64,000 bases of DNA from Candidatus Latescibacterota bacterium (GTDB taxonomy: Bacteria > Latescibacterota > UBA2968), in the NCBI GenBank assembly GCA_965208125.1, contig OZ242320.1, positions 2,592,001-2,656,000 on the forward strand, written 5' to 3'. Shown in pieces: positions 27,360 through 36,592 of this stretch. Below the pieces are notes generated by a model. It did not search any database, was not told where the DNA came from, and was given only the letters and a program-made list of their open reading frames with translations. Position 1 is the stretch's first letter. Every line of letters starts with the position of its first letter. Both the position numbers and the translations under genes were made by a program.

Positions 27360-27748
27360 GCTTAGCGGGTACGTGTGTCGTTCATCCCGATTTTGGAGGT
27401 GAGCATCTATGTATATTCGTGACAGACTATGCAAATTATAGAGATAGCGAGATAGAAGCTGTCATTGTAAACATCACATCCTGGCATCAGAGAAAGGACC
27501 AGACGCTTATTCTTATGCCAGGAGATCACGATTTTATAACCAGAAAATCAGTTGTTGCCTATCGTTCGGCTTGTCTGCTTAAAGAATGGCAGGTCAACCG
27601 TGTTTTATCGTTTGGAACAGAACAGCCCCCGGCATCCAGAAACTTATTGCTTAAAATTGGTAATGGTCTTCTTAGATCTCTCTTTACCCCAGAGGATGTA
27701 AAAGATTTTTATCTTCAATATTCGCGGGATAATAATGGACCTGTATAG
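27356..27748 (+). CDS. Putative toxin partner of Panacea (MazF/PemK-like fold suspected)
   Basis: ATGA overlap with the antitoxin; HLCIFVT...VIVNITS...DQTLIL.PGDHDFITRKSVVAY. Confidence 0.65.
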   Translation: MSLAGTCVVHPDFGGEHLCIFVTDYANYRDSEIEAVIVNITSWHQRKDQTLILMPGDHDFITRKSVVAYRSACLLKEWQVNRVLSFGTEQPPASRNLLLKIGNGLLRSLFTPEDVKDFYLQYSRDNNGPV

Positions 27749-28046
27749 CTGTAATTAGTTAATTTTATAAGGCTTATTTGTGTGTGGCCTATCTCCTGTT
27801 TCTGGCAGGGATAGGCCCTTTCTTTGTGCTCATGATCTGTAATACAATATTGAGGTTCCAGGCAAGCTGTTTTTCTGGCCACTCACGGCGGTACGTTCCC
27901 TTTTTAGTTTTTGTCTTAAATTTATTACACGCTGTGTAATAAATCTGATCGGTCCCTGAGTAAGCGAGATAAACCTCATTTCCACTTACAAGGCAAATAT
28001 CCTTTCCTTTATTTTCACCAGCAAATCCGCAGGCTGTCTGATCTGG

Positions 28047-28160
28047 GCCAGGGCACGGGAAAGCCAATTGTTAGTAAAAGAAAAAAATGAGGCAGCGGGC
28101 GAGGCGATTCCCACAGTATCACCCGGTTTTAATCTCGGCGGTTTGATTGTGTTCTTCATA
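28047..28160 (-). pseudogene. 114-bp direct repeat, copy 2: truncated duplicate of the S66 gene start
   Basis: MKNTIKPPRLKPGDTVGIASPAASFFSFTNNWLSRALA vs MSNIIKPP...FTKNWLSRAMA, then unrelated sequence. Confidence 0.9.
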
Positions 28161-28239
28161 TTCTTTTTTAAAATAAAATGTTGCGTATATATTTTACTGG
28201 GTGTGCGTAAATTAGAAACACGCAACAAGAGCTATGACA

Positions 28240-28436
28240 GAAAGCCATCAGCCAAAACCATCACGCACAGCGCGTGAGTCCGTTTCGCAGCGGACATCCG
28301 TTGTCCATCCAAACTCGAAAGGCCACCTTCTTTTGTTTTTGCATACAAACGATTTGCGCTGTGCAAGCCCCCCGCAGGGGCGCCCTTTTTTTGCTTCATT
28401 TTTTTGGGCGCGCAAAAAAATGAAGTCGCCGAAGGC
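28240..28436. repeat. Structured non-coding element at the right end of island 2
   Basis: Hairpins cttcatttttttg-ggcgcg-caaaaaaatgaag (28394-28425), gccgaaggc, cccc-gca-gggg. Confidence 0.5.
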
Positions 28437-28565
28437 AAAAAAGAAAAATATTAAAAAAACTCTATACGTCGTTATACCACAACAAATGAATTATCCACAC
28501 CCTTCATATATTTAGCGCCTGAAAATAATACGCTATGTATATGTTTTATGCAATAGGGCTATGGA

Positions 28566-29219
28566 ATGAATAAGAAAAATGGATTTAAGCCCATAGTGAT
28601 CGGCATTTCGGGGGGATCCGCCGCGGGCAAGACGACTTTTACGGATATACTATCTGATAGGCTCGCAGATTTTGGACCCGTCGTGCTCAATCAGGACAGC
28701 TATTTCCGCGATTGGTCAGCGCTGCCAGAAGACGAGCGCGAGATCAAGCGGACGGCAAACCATCCGCGGGCTGTGCTGTGGGAGCATTTGATCGCACATG
28801 TGAAATGTTTGCGGGAAGGACAGGCGATTGAAATGCCACCGCCCGGTACGCGGGCTTTTCGGCGAGGAGATGATCCCCAGGAGATTGCGCCTGAGAAGCT
28901 GGTTATTGTGGAAGGGCATTTGATTTTTTCGCAGGAGGCGCTGAGGGCTTTGCTGGATATTAAGCTGTTTTTGGATGTGGATACACACGAACGGGTGCTC
29001 AGGCGCATGTTGCGCAATACGTCGAGTGGGATGTCGCTGGAAGATGCGGTGGCATGGTATCGCCGGGATGTCGTGCCCAATTATCGCGTCTATACGGAGC
29101 CGACGAGTGTGTACGCGGATTTGATCGTGCCGTTTGAAGGGGATGTGCAAGTAGCCGTAGATGTTGTGGCAAATGGCATACGCAGGATGATTGTGGATGG
29201 GAAGGTTCACGATAGATAG
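28566..29219 (+). CDS. Uridine kinase family protein
   Basis: IGISGGSAAGKTT, QDSYFR, NHP.A, IVEGHL, YADLIVP. Confidence 0.85.
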   Translation: MNKKNGFKPIVIGISGGSAAGKTTFTDILSDRLADFGPVVLNQDSYFRDWSALPEDEREIKRTANHPRAVLWEHLIAHVKCLREGQAIEMPPPGTRAFRRGDDPQEIAPEKLVIVEGHLIFSQEALRALLDIKLFLDVDTHERVLRRMLRNTSSGMSLEDAVAWYRRDVVPNYRVYTEPTSVYADLIVPFEGDVQVAVDVVANGIRRMIVDGKVHDR

Positions 29220-29292
29220 CAAGTATGGCTTGCCTCGCGTGTTTTCTGGTCGTAAATTTGTTTGTGATATGTTTGCAAGTCCATGAAAGGAG

Positions 29293-30129
29293 ATGATTAC
29301 TATGACTGTTCAATCCGATTGGGCTGTTCTCACAGATGAACAGCGGCAGTTTTTTGAGGACAATGGGTATCTCTTGATCGAAGACGCGCTGCCACCCGAT
29401 GTTGTCGCCGAACTCAATGCGGCGGCTGATGAAATTTATGACAGGGAAAAGGCTGCTGGTGGCCTGGAGAAAACGGGCAAGCTCAACTTGAGGAACTGCA
29501 TTGTGCATCACGATGCTTTTCTTCAGTTGCTCGACTGGCCGACCACGGCGCCTCTGGCGTGGCAGATCCTCAACTGGAATATCCAGATGATTACCTCGCA
29601 TCTCATTGTTTTGCCCTCTGGTCCAGAGCCTCCGGAAGAGGTAAAGCGCAAGGGTGGGTATCACCGCGATGGCGGTTCGTCTTCCAGAGAGATGACCGAA
29701 CCCCATCCGCGCATTCTGCTCAAAATTGCGTACGCCATCAGCGACCAGACAGATCCCGCATCGGGGGCGACACAACTCGTGCCCGGAAGCAATCGGCTAT
29801 TTGGCAGGCCTGCGATTGATCCGGCAACGGGGCATCCTCGGGGAGCGATCAATATGAATGTCAAGGCGGGTTCGGCATTTATTTTTGAACAGCGCACCTA
29901 TCACGGTATTGGCAAAAACTGGTCGGGCTTTCCGCGCAAGACCATTTTTATGGGCTATGCGTATCGCTGGGTCAAGCCTATGGATTATATCGATATGCCC
30001 GATGAACTCGTTGCCCGCGCAAATCCCATTCAAAAACAACTCCTGGGTGTGGTCTCTGATCCGCTCAGTTTTTATATTCCGCAAGCGCAAGATGTGCCTC
30101 TCAAAGAGCTTGTGGAAGAAGGTGTGTAA
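29293..30129 (+). CDS. PhyH family dioxygenase
   Basis: LTDEQRQFFEDNGYL, YHRD, GATQLVPGS, RTYHG. Confidence 0.88.
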   Translation: MITMTVQSDWAVLTDEQRQFFEDNGYLLIEDALPPDVVAELNAAADEIYDREKAAGGLEKTGKLNLRNCIVHHDAFLQLLDWPTTAPLAWQILNWNIQMITSHLIVLPSGPEPPEEVKRKGGYHRDGGSSSREMTEPHPRILLKIAYAISDQTDPASGATQLVPGSNRLFGRPAIDPATGHPRGAINMNVKAGSAFIFEQRTYHGIGKNWSGFPRKTIFMGYAYRWVKPMDYIDMPDELVARANPIQKQLLGVVSDPLSFYIPQAQDVPLKELVEEGV

Positions 30130-31836
30130 TTACTCGTCTGTCACACACCCCTCAGAAGCCGTTTTTACGTTTTTGATGTATTTGTAGAGGGTGCCGCGGT
30201 TGGCTTTGTACGGCGGTTGGGTCCAGGCTGAGCGGCGTTTTTCGAGTTCTTCGGCAGAGACGTCCATGTTGATCTCGCCTTTTTGGCTGTCGATGATGAT
30301 CTGATCGCCGGTTTGGACGAGGGCGATGGGGCCGCCTTCGATGGCTTCGGGAACGACGTGGCCGATGAGAAAGCCGTGCGATCCGCCCGAAAAACGCCCA
30401 TCGGTAATTAGCGCGACATCCTGTACCAGCCCCGCGCCGGCCAGTGCGGATGTAGGGGTGAGCATTTCCGGCATGCCGGGTCCGCCTTTGGGGCCTTCGT
30501 AGCGGATGATGATGACATTGCCTTTTTCGATTTTGCCTTGTTCGAGGGCGGCGAGCATGTCTTCCTCGCAGTCGAATACATTGGCCGCGCCTTTGAATAC
30601 CTCGCCTTCTTTGCCCGTGATTTTTCCGACCGAACCTTCCGGTGCCAAATTCCCACGCAAAATTTGCAGATGCCCCGTTGGCTTGATGGGGTCATTAAAG
30701 GGGCTTACGATATCTTGCTGTCCTTCACCCGTGCCATAAGGGGGAAGGCCTTTTATATCGGCGAGATTTTCGGCAATTGTTTTGCCCGTTACTGTCATCT
30801 GGTCGCCGTCGATGAGATTGGCGTCGAGGAGGAGTTTCATCATTGCGGGTGTTCCGCCGATGTCGTGAAGCTCTTCCATGACGTAACGCCCAGAGGGTTT
30901 GAGGTCACACAGGAGGGGTGTTTCGTTGGATATGTGTTGAAATTCGTCGATGTCGAGGTCTATGTCATAAGCCCGGGCAATGGCGAGCAGGTGGAGCACG
31001 ATATTGGTGGAGCCGCCCGTGACAACGGCGAGGCGAATGGCGTTGAGAAAGGATTGCTTGGTGACGATGTCGCGCGGTTTGAGGTCGGCTTCGAGCAGGG
31101 CGCGAACAGCGTGACCGGCGTGGATACATTCGGTGTGTTTGTCGGGGTCTTCGGCGGGTGTGCAGGAGGAATAGGGCAAGGAGAGGCCCATGCATTCGAT
31201 GGCGCTGGCCATGGTATTGGCGGTGTACATGCCGCCGCAGGCACCGGCACCGGGGCAGGCGTGTTCGACGATTTCCTGGCGTTCGGCATCGCTGAGCGAG
31301 TCTGTGAGAAATTCGCCGTAGCTTTGAAAGGCAGAGACGATGTCGAGTTTGCGTTCTTCGCCTTGAATGGTGGCGCAACCTGGTTTTATTGTGCCGCCGT
31401 AGATCATCAGGGCAGGGCGGTTGAGGCGGCCCATTGCCATGACCACGCCGGGCATGTTTTTGTCGCAGCCGGGCAGTGCGATCAGGCCATCGTACCATTG
31501 CGCGCCCATGAGGGTTTCGATGGAGTCGGCTATGAGGTCGCGGGATTGAAGGGAGAAGGACATGCCGTCTGTGCCCATGGATATGCCGTCGGATACGCCG
31601 ATGGTGTTGAAGCGCAGGCCAACGCATCCGGCTTCGGTGACGCCTTTTTTTGTTTCGGCGGCGAGGTCGTTGAGGTGCATGTTGCACGGGTTGCCTTCAT
31701 ACCAGACCGAGGCGATGCCGACCTGCGCTTTGTCCATGTCGGCGCGCGTCAGTCCGGTGGCATAGAGCATGGCCTGAGATCCGCCCTGGGATTTTCTCTG
31801 GGTGATTTGTGAGCTGTACTTATTCAGTTTTGCCAT
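30130..31836 (-). CDS. ilvD: Dihydroxy-acid dehydratase
   Basis: [47 protein letters not shown]. Confidence 0.97.
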   Translation of the reverse strand: MAKLNKYSSQITQRKSQGGSQAMLYATGLTRADMDKAQVGIASVWYEGNPCNMHLNDLAAETKKGVTEAGCVGLRFNTIGVSDGISMGTDGMSFSLQSRDLIADSIETLMGAQWYDGLIALPGCDKNMPGVVMAMGRLNRPALMIYGGTIKPGCATIQGEERKLDIVSAFQSYGEFLTDSLSDAERQEIVEHACPGAGACGGMYTANTMASAIECMGLSLPYSSCTPAEDPDKHTECIHAGHAVRALLEADLKPRDIVTKQSFLNAIRLAVVTGGSTNIVLHLLAIARAYDIDLDIDEFQHISNETPLLCDLKPSGRYVMEELHDIGGTPAMMKLLLDANLIDGDQMTVTGKTIAENLADIKGLPPYGTGEGQQDIVSPFNDPIKPTGHLQILRGNLAPEGSVGKITGKEGEVFKGAANVFDCEEDMLAALEQGKIEKGNVIIIRYEGPKGGPGMPEMLTPTSALAGAGLVQDVALITDGRFSGGSHGFLIGHVVPEAIEGGPIALVQTGDQIIIDSQKGEINMDVSAEELEKRRSAWTQPPYKANRGTLYKYIKNVKTASEGCVTDE

Positions 31837-31929
31837 TGAAGATTTCCTTTCGTAGATGAACTTTGTCTTATTTTTTCGAGGTTGTAATTTAACCGAATTG
31901 TGGGAGACGTGTCAACAAGGGTGTGGAAT

Positions 31930-32466
31930 ATGGCTGACTATGTGTTGCAGGATTATTTGCGCGTGGGACTGAATTTGGTGTTTGTGGGGTTTAATCCGAG
32001 CTTAAAGTCCGCGGAAATTGGGCATTATTACGCGGGGCGGGGCAATCAGTTTTGGCCGTTTTTGTACGAGGCTGGGCTGACAGATCGATTGTTGGAGCCA
32101 CGGGAAGATGCGACTATTTTGGATTATAATATCGGGTTGACCGATATTGTGAAGGGGCGAGCGACGCGGGGGATTGGAGATCTGACGGATGGCGATTATG
32201 TGTCGGGTTTTGAATTGTTGCGCGAAAAGATGCAGATGTATCGACCGCGGGTGATTTGTTTTAATGGGAAGAGCGGATACGCCAAGGTGATGGGCGGGAA
32301 GCGAGATTACGGTTTGCAAGATGAGATGCTGGAAGGCGCAAAGCTGTTTCTCGCCCCGTCAACGAGCGGTGCGCTGCCTATGCCGAGGGTTGAGAAATTG
32401 CGGTATTATCGAGAGTTGAAGTCTTTTGTTGATATTTGTGTCCAACCTGTGAAGGAGCGAAGATGA
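31930..32466 (+). CDS. mug: G/U mismatch-specific DNA glycosylase
   Basis: FVGFNPS..SA..GHYYAGRGNQFW, GLTDIV, APSTSG. Confidence 0.9.
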   Translation: MADYVLQDYLRVGLNLVFVGFNPSLKSAEIGHYYAGRGNQFWPFLYEAGLTDRLLEPREDATILDYNIGLTDIVKGRATRGIGDLTDGDYVSGFELLREKMQMYRPRVICFNGKSGYAKVMGGKRDYGLQDEMLEGAKLFLAPSTSGALPMPRVEKLRYYRELKSFVDICVQPVKERR

Positions 32467-33872
32467 AGCGACCGAATATTTTGTTTGTCATGACCGATGA
32501 CCACACGCCGCGCGAGATGAGCAGTTATGGGAATCCGATTTTGCATACGCCCAATCTGGATCGCATTGGGAATGAGGGTACGCGGTTTAACAATTGTTTT
32601 TCGACTAATGCACTGTGCGCGCCTGCGCGGGGCACGGTGCTGACGGGATGTTTTTCACATGTCCACGGTATTCGGGGAAATTCCGAGAGGGCCGATGCGA
32701 TTGAGTTTCTGGATCCGAATGTGCCGACGTTTCCCGAGTTGCTTCGCGATGCGGGATACAAGACCGCGTTGTTTGGCAAGTATCATATCCGGCAGGATCC
32801 GCGCGGTTTTGATACGTGGTGTATTCATCCCGGGCAGGGCGTGTATTTTGATCCGACGTATATCGATAATGGGAAGGAAGTGCAAAAGGAGGGGTATGCC
32901 ACGGATATAACGACGGATATGGCACTTGAATTTTTGAAGGGGTTGAATGGCGAACAGCCCTTCTGCCTGGTGTATCAGTTTAAGGCGCCGCATCGTCCGT
33001 TTACGCCTGCACCCCGGCACGCGCATCTTTTTGATGATGTTGAGATTCCCCAGCCGGAGACGTATGGAGATGATTTTGCGACGCGGAAGATTGCGGCTCT
33101 GGCAGAAGATATGAAGTTTGATATTAGTCTGGCGCCCGATTACGACGATATACCCGAGGGCTTGAGTGAAGGGGAAAAGAAGGACTGGATTTATCAGCGT
33201 TTTATGAAGGATCGGTATCGCACGATTTACGGTGTGGATGAAAATCTGGGGCGGGTGCTGGATTATCTGGATGAGACAGGTTGGGCTGACGATACGCTGG
33301 TGATTTACACGTCGGATCACGGGTATTTTTTGGGCGATTACGGGTGGTATGACAAGCGGTTTATGTACGAGCCGTCGATTCGCATTCCGCTGGTGGTGCG
33401 TTATCCAAATGGGGGTATTAGCGGGAATGTGACCGACGCGCTGGTGATGAATGTGGACTTTGCGCCGACGATTCTGGATTTTGCGGGTGTGGAAATTCCC
33501 GAAGGTGTGCAGGGAGAGAGTTTGCGTCCGTTGCTCCAGGGGACAGAGCCAGATGATTGGCGTACGTCTGTTTATTACGCCTATTTTGAGGATTCGTGGG
33601 TGTTGCACGGCAAGGGGGCAGAGGCGATGTCAGAGCCGTCATTCCAGTATTTTACGCCGCACCGCATTGGCCCGCACCGCGGCGTGCGTACAGACCGCTA
33701 CAAGTTGATTGAATATTATGCCGAGGGCGATTATTGGGAGTTGTTCGATTTGCAAGAGGATCCCAATGAATTGCGGAATGTGTACGATGACGCCGCGTAT
33801 GCAGATCTGGTGGTGGAATTAAAGGCTGAGTTGAGAAGGTTGCAGGCGCAGTATGGGGATTTGAGTGTGTGA
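32463..33872 (+). CDS. Formylglycine-dependent sulfatase
   Basis: RPNILFVMTDDH, CAPAR (CxPxR), GKYH, YTSDHG, DKRFMYE. Confidence 0.93.
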   Translation: MKRPNILFVMTDDHTPREMSSYGNPILHTPNLDRIGNEGTRFNNCFSTNALCAPARGTVLTGCFSHVHGIRGNSERADAIEFLDPNVPTFPELLRDAGYKTALFGKYHIRQDPRGFDTWCIHPGQGVYFDPTYIDNGKEVQKEGYATDITTDMALEFLKGLNGEQPFCLVYQFKAPHRPFTPAPRHAHLFDDVEIPQPETYGDDFATRKIAALAEDMKFDISLAPDYDDIPEGLSEGEKKDWIYQRFMKDRYRTIYGVDENLGRVLDYLDETGWADDTLVIYTSDHGYFLGDYGWYDKRFMYEPSIRIPLVVRYPNGGISGNVTDALVMNVDFAPTILDFAGVEIPEGVQGESLRPLLQGTEPDDWRTSVYYAYFEDSWVLHGKGAEAMSEPSFQYFTPHRIGPHRGVRTDRYKLIEYYAEGDYWELFDLQEDPNELRNVYDDAAYADLVVELKAELRRLQAQYGDLSV

Positions 33873-33874
33873 AG

Positions 33875-35287
33875 CTATTTTTTGGGCATGTACACGTCGG
33901 TCGCAGAGCCGAGGTGGATTTCTGAGGCTATGCCGATGGATTCGGCAAGCGAGGGATGGGGGTGAATGGTGTGGGCAATGTCTTCGGCGACGGCAGCCAT
34001 TTCAATGGCGAGCACGCCTTCGGCGATGAGGTCGCCCGCATGGGGTCCTACAATGCCCATGCCGAGTACGCGTTGGGTATAGGGATCGACAATGAGCTTG
34101 GTCTGGCCTTCGAGGCGTCCAATGGCATGCGCTTTGCCCAGGGCAGCCCAGGGGAAGCGCACGATATCGACTTTTCGGTCTTGTTTGAGAGCGTCGGTTT
34201 CGGTCAGGCCCACCCATGCAATTTCGGGGTCGGTGTACACGACGGAGGGGATGAGTGCGTCAAAAGACGCGGGTTCACCGGCGAGAACTTCGGCGGCGAT
34301 TTTGCCTTCGTGCGCGGCTTTGTGGGCAAGGCCGGGGCCTGGGACGGCGTCGCCGATTGCAAAGAGGCGGGGGTCGTTTGTACGCATTTGTGAATCGACT
34401 TCGATGAATCCCTGATCATTGGGTTCAATGTCTGTGTTTTCAAGGCCGATATTGTCTGTATTTGGGCGTCGGCCAATGCAGAGGAGGACGCGGTCGAATA
34501 TTTCAGATGTTTTCGATTCTTCGCCTTCCCAGTGTACTTCAATACCGGTGTTGACTTCTTCGATATGCGTGACGCGCGTGCTGGTGTGTATGGCGCTGAA
34601 TGCCTGACGCAATCGTGTTTCGAGTGGTTTGACCAGGTCGGGGTCGGTGCCGGGCAAGAGGGTGTCGGTCATTTCGACGACTGTGACGGCACTTCCCAAT
34701 GCGGCGTAAACACTGCCGAGTTCGAGGCCGATGATGCCTCCGCCAACGACGAGAAGGCTTTTGGGTATTTCGTCGAGATCGAGTGCTGTTGTCGAGTCCA
34801 GAATGCGCGGTGTGTCGAGCGCGAAAATTGGGAGGACAACAGGGCGTGAGCCTGTGGCGATGATGGCGTGCTCAAATTCGACGCGGTCGATATCCCCATC
34901 ACCTGTGATGGACGCACTTTGCGAATTCTCGAATTGCGCGTAGCCCGTCAGGTGGGTAACCTTGCGCTGGCGCACCAGGCCAGACAGACCGGTCGAGAGG
35001 CGGGTGATGATGTTGTCTTTCCAGCCGCGCAGGGCGTCCAGATCGATTTTGGGATCGCCAAAGGTGAGGCCATAAGTTCTGGCTTCGCTGGCTTCGGTGA
35101 TGAGTTCTGCAACGTGGAGCAGGGCTTTGGATGGGATGCATCCGCGCAATAAACAGGTGCCACCGAGGTTGTCGTCGGCATTGACCAGGGTGACTTGCAG
35201 ACCCAAGTCAGCAGCGCGAAAAGCCGCTGTATATCCGCCGGGACCGCCGCCGATTACGAGGAGATCGGTTTTGTGCGTTTCGGCCAT
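33875..35287 (-). CDS. lpdA: Dihydrolipoyl dehydrogenase (E3)
   Basis: GGGPGGY, GGTCLLRGCIPSK, IHPHPSLAE. Confidence 0.96.
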   Translation of the reverse strand: MAETHKTDLLVIGGGPGGYTAAFRAADLGLQVTLVNADDNLGGTCLLRGCIPSKALLHVAELITEASEARTYGLTFGDPKIDLDALRGWKDNIITRLSTGLSGLVRQRKVTHLTGYAQFENSQSASITGDGDIDRVEFEHAIIATGSRPVVLPIFALDTPRILDSTTALDLDEIPKSLLVVGGGIIGLELGSVYAALGSAVTVVEMTDTLLPGTDPDLVKPLETRLRQAFSAIHTSTRVTHIEEVNTGIEVHWEGEESKTSEIFDRVLLCIGRRPNTDNIGLENTDIEPNDQGFIEVDSQMRTNDPRLFAIGDAVPGPGLAHKAAHEGKIAAEVLAGEPASFDALIPSVVYTDPEIAWVGLTETDALKQDRKVDIVRFPWAALGKAHAIGRLEGQTKLIVDPYTQRVLGMGIVGPHAGDLIAEGVLAIEMAAVAEDIAHTIHPHPSLAESIGIASEIHLGSATDVYMPKK

Positions 35288-35301
35288 GTGATTTCTCCAG
35301 T

Positions 35302-36567
35302 TTATCCGCCCATGAGCATGAGTTCCGGGTTTTCGAGTGCATCGACGATTTTTCGCATAAATCGCGCGCCGTCGGCGCCGTCAATAACGCGGTGATCATA
35401 AGATAGTGCCAGAGGCATGATGAGGCGAGGTTCGATGCGGCCCTCGCGCACGGTGGCTTCTTCTCTTGCGCGTCCAAATCCCAATATTGCAACTTCGGGG
35501 TGATTGACGATGGGGGTAAATTCGCCCACGCCCAGGCTGCCGAGGTTGGTGACGGTGAATGTGCCGCCTTGTAGTTCGTCGAGGCCAATTTTGCCGGTGC
35601 GCGCGCGCTGGCTGATGTCGCCGAGTTCGAGAGCCAATTCCAGGATGTCTTTGCGATCGACGTCTTTGATGACGGGAACGAGTAAGCCGCGCTCGGTGTC
35701 AACGGCGATGCCGAGGTTGTAGTAGTGTTTGAGAATAATTTCATTGGCACCTGCATCGAGGCTGGCGTTGAATTGCGGAAAGGTCTTAAGCGCGGTGATG
35801 ATTGCTTTTAGCGCGAGGACCGTTGGCGTCAGTTTGGCTCCCAGTGCTTCGGTTTTTTCTTTATTGCGCTGCCGAAATGCCTCGAGGTCTGTGACGTCTG
35901 CGCGATCAAATTGCGTGACATGAGCCACCTGTTGCCAGGCCTGGCTCATATTTTTTGCTATAATTTGCCGGACTTTGCTGAGGGGGTGGCGCTCGATGTT
36001 GCCCCATCTCGAGAAGTCGGGCAATTCGACGGGTGCGGTTGGTGCGATACCACCTGTTTGCCGGTCGCGCACAGCGGCTTTGACATCGTCTTGTGAGATG
36101 CGTCCACCGGGACCTGAGCCAGCGACCTGTGTGAGATCTACGCCGAGTTCTCGCGCGAGTCGCCGCGTGGATGGGGCTGCGGGAATGGGATCGCCGTTGG
36201 ACGCGGGTGCAGGTGGTCTGGCTACAGGAGGTGTTGGTTCGGGTGCTCTGGTGGTGGGTTCGGGTTTTTCTTCTGGTGCAGGAGCTGGTGCTTCGGCTTC
36301 CGGCTCAGGGTCTGCTGTGACTTGTTGTTCGCCTTCTTCAACGGAGATCAATAAGCTGCCTACGGGCACGCGGTCTCCGGCATTAATGTGTATTTTTGTG
36401 ATGGTGCCAGCAACACTGCTGGGTACTTCAACGAGGGCTTTGTCGGTTTCGAGTTCGACCACGCTCTGATCGATTTCAATCGTATCGCCTTCGGCAACGA
36501 GTACGCTGACAACATCGCCGGCTTCTACACCTTCGCCGAGATCGGGAAGTTTAAATTCGGTTGCCAC
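35302..36567 (-). CDS. aceF: Pyruvate dehydrogenase E2, single lipoyl domain
   Basis: ETDKA lipoyl Lys, AAPSTRRLARELGVDL, SYDHRVIDGA. Confidence 0.93.
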   Translation of the reverse strand: MATEFKLPDLGEGVEAGDVVSVLVAEGDTIEIDQSVVELETDKALVEVPSSVAGTITKIHINAGDRVPVGSLLISVEEGEQQVTADPEPEAEAPAPAPEEKPEPTTRAPEPTPPVARPPAPASNGDPIPAAPSTRRLARELGVDLTQVAGSGPGGRISQDDVKAAVRDRQTGGIAPTAPVELPDFSRWGNIERHPLSKVRQIIAKNMSQAWQQVAHVTQFDRADVTDLEAFRQRNKEKTEALGAKLTPTVLALKAIITALKTFPQFNASLDAGANEIILKHYYNLGIAVDTERGLLVPVIKDVDRKDILELALELGDISQRARTGKIGLDELQGGTFTVTNLGSLGVGEFTPIVNHPEVAILGFGRAREEATVREGRIEPRLIMPLALSYDHRVIDGADGARFMRKIVDALENPELMLMGG

Positions 36568-36592
36568 GAGACCTCCTTAATCGCGGATTGAG

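Noticed and set aside
27789-28067. 92-aa ORF between the Panacea TA and the duplicated S66 start
   Set aside because: No recognisable motif or good start; it may be a gene fragment but cannot be supported.
30538-31812. Long antisense ORFs (also 37592-38629, 50329-51657, 32655-33608)
   Set aside because: They shadow well-conserved genes (ilvD, aceE, topA, sulfatase) and show no recognisable motifs; expected from codon bias.
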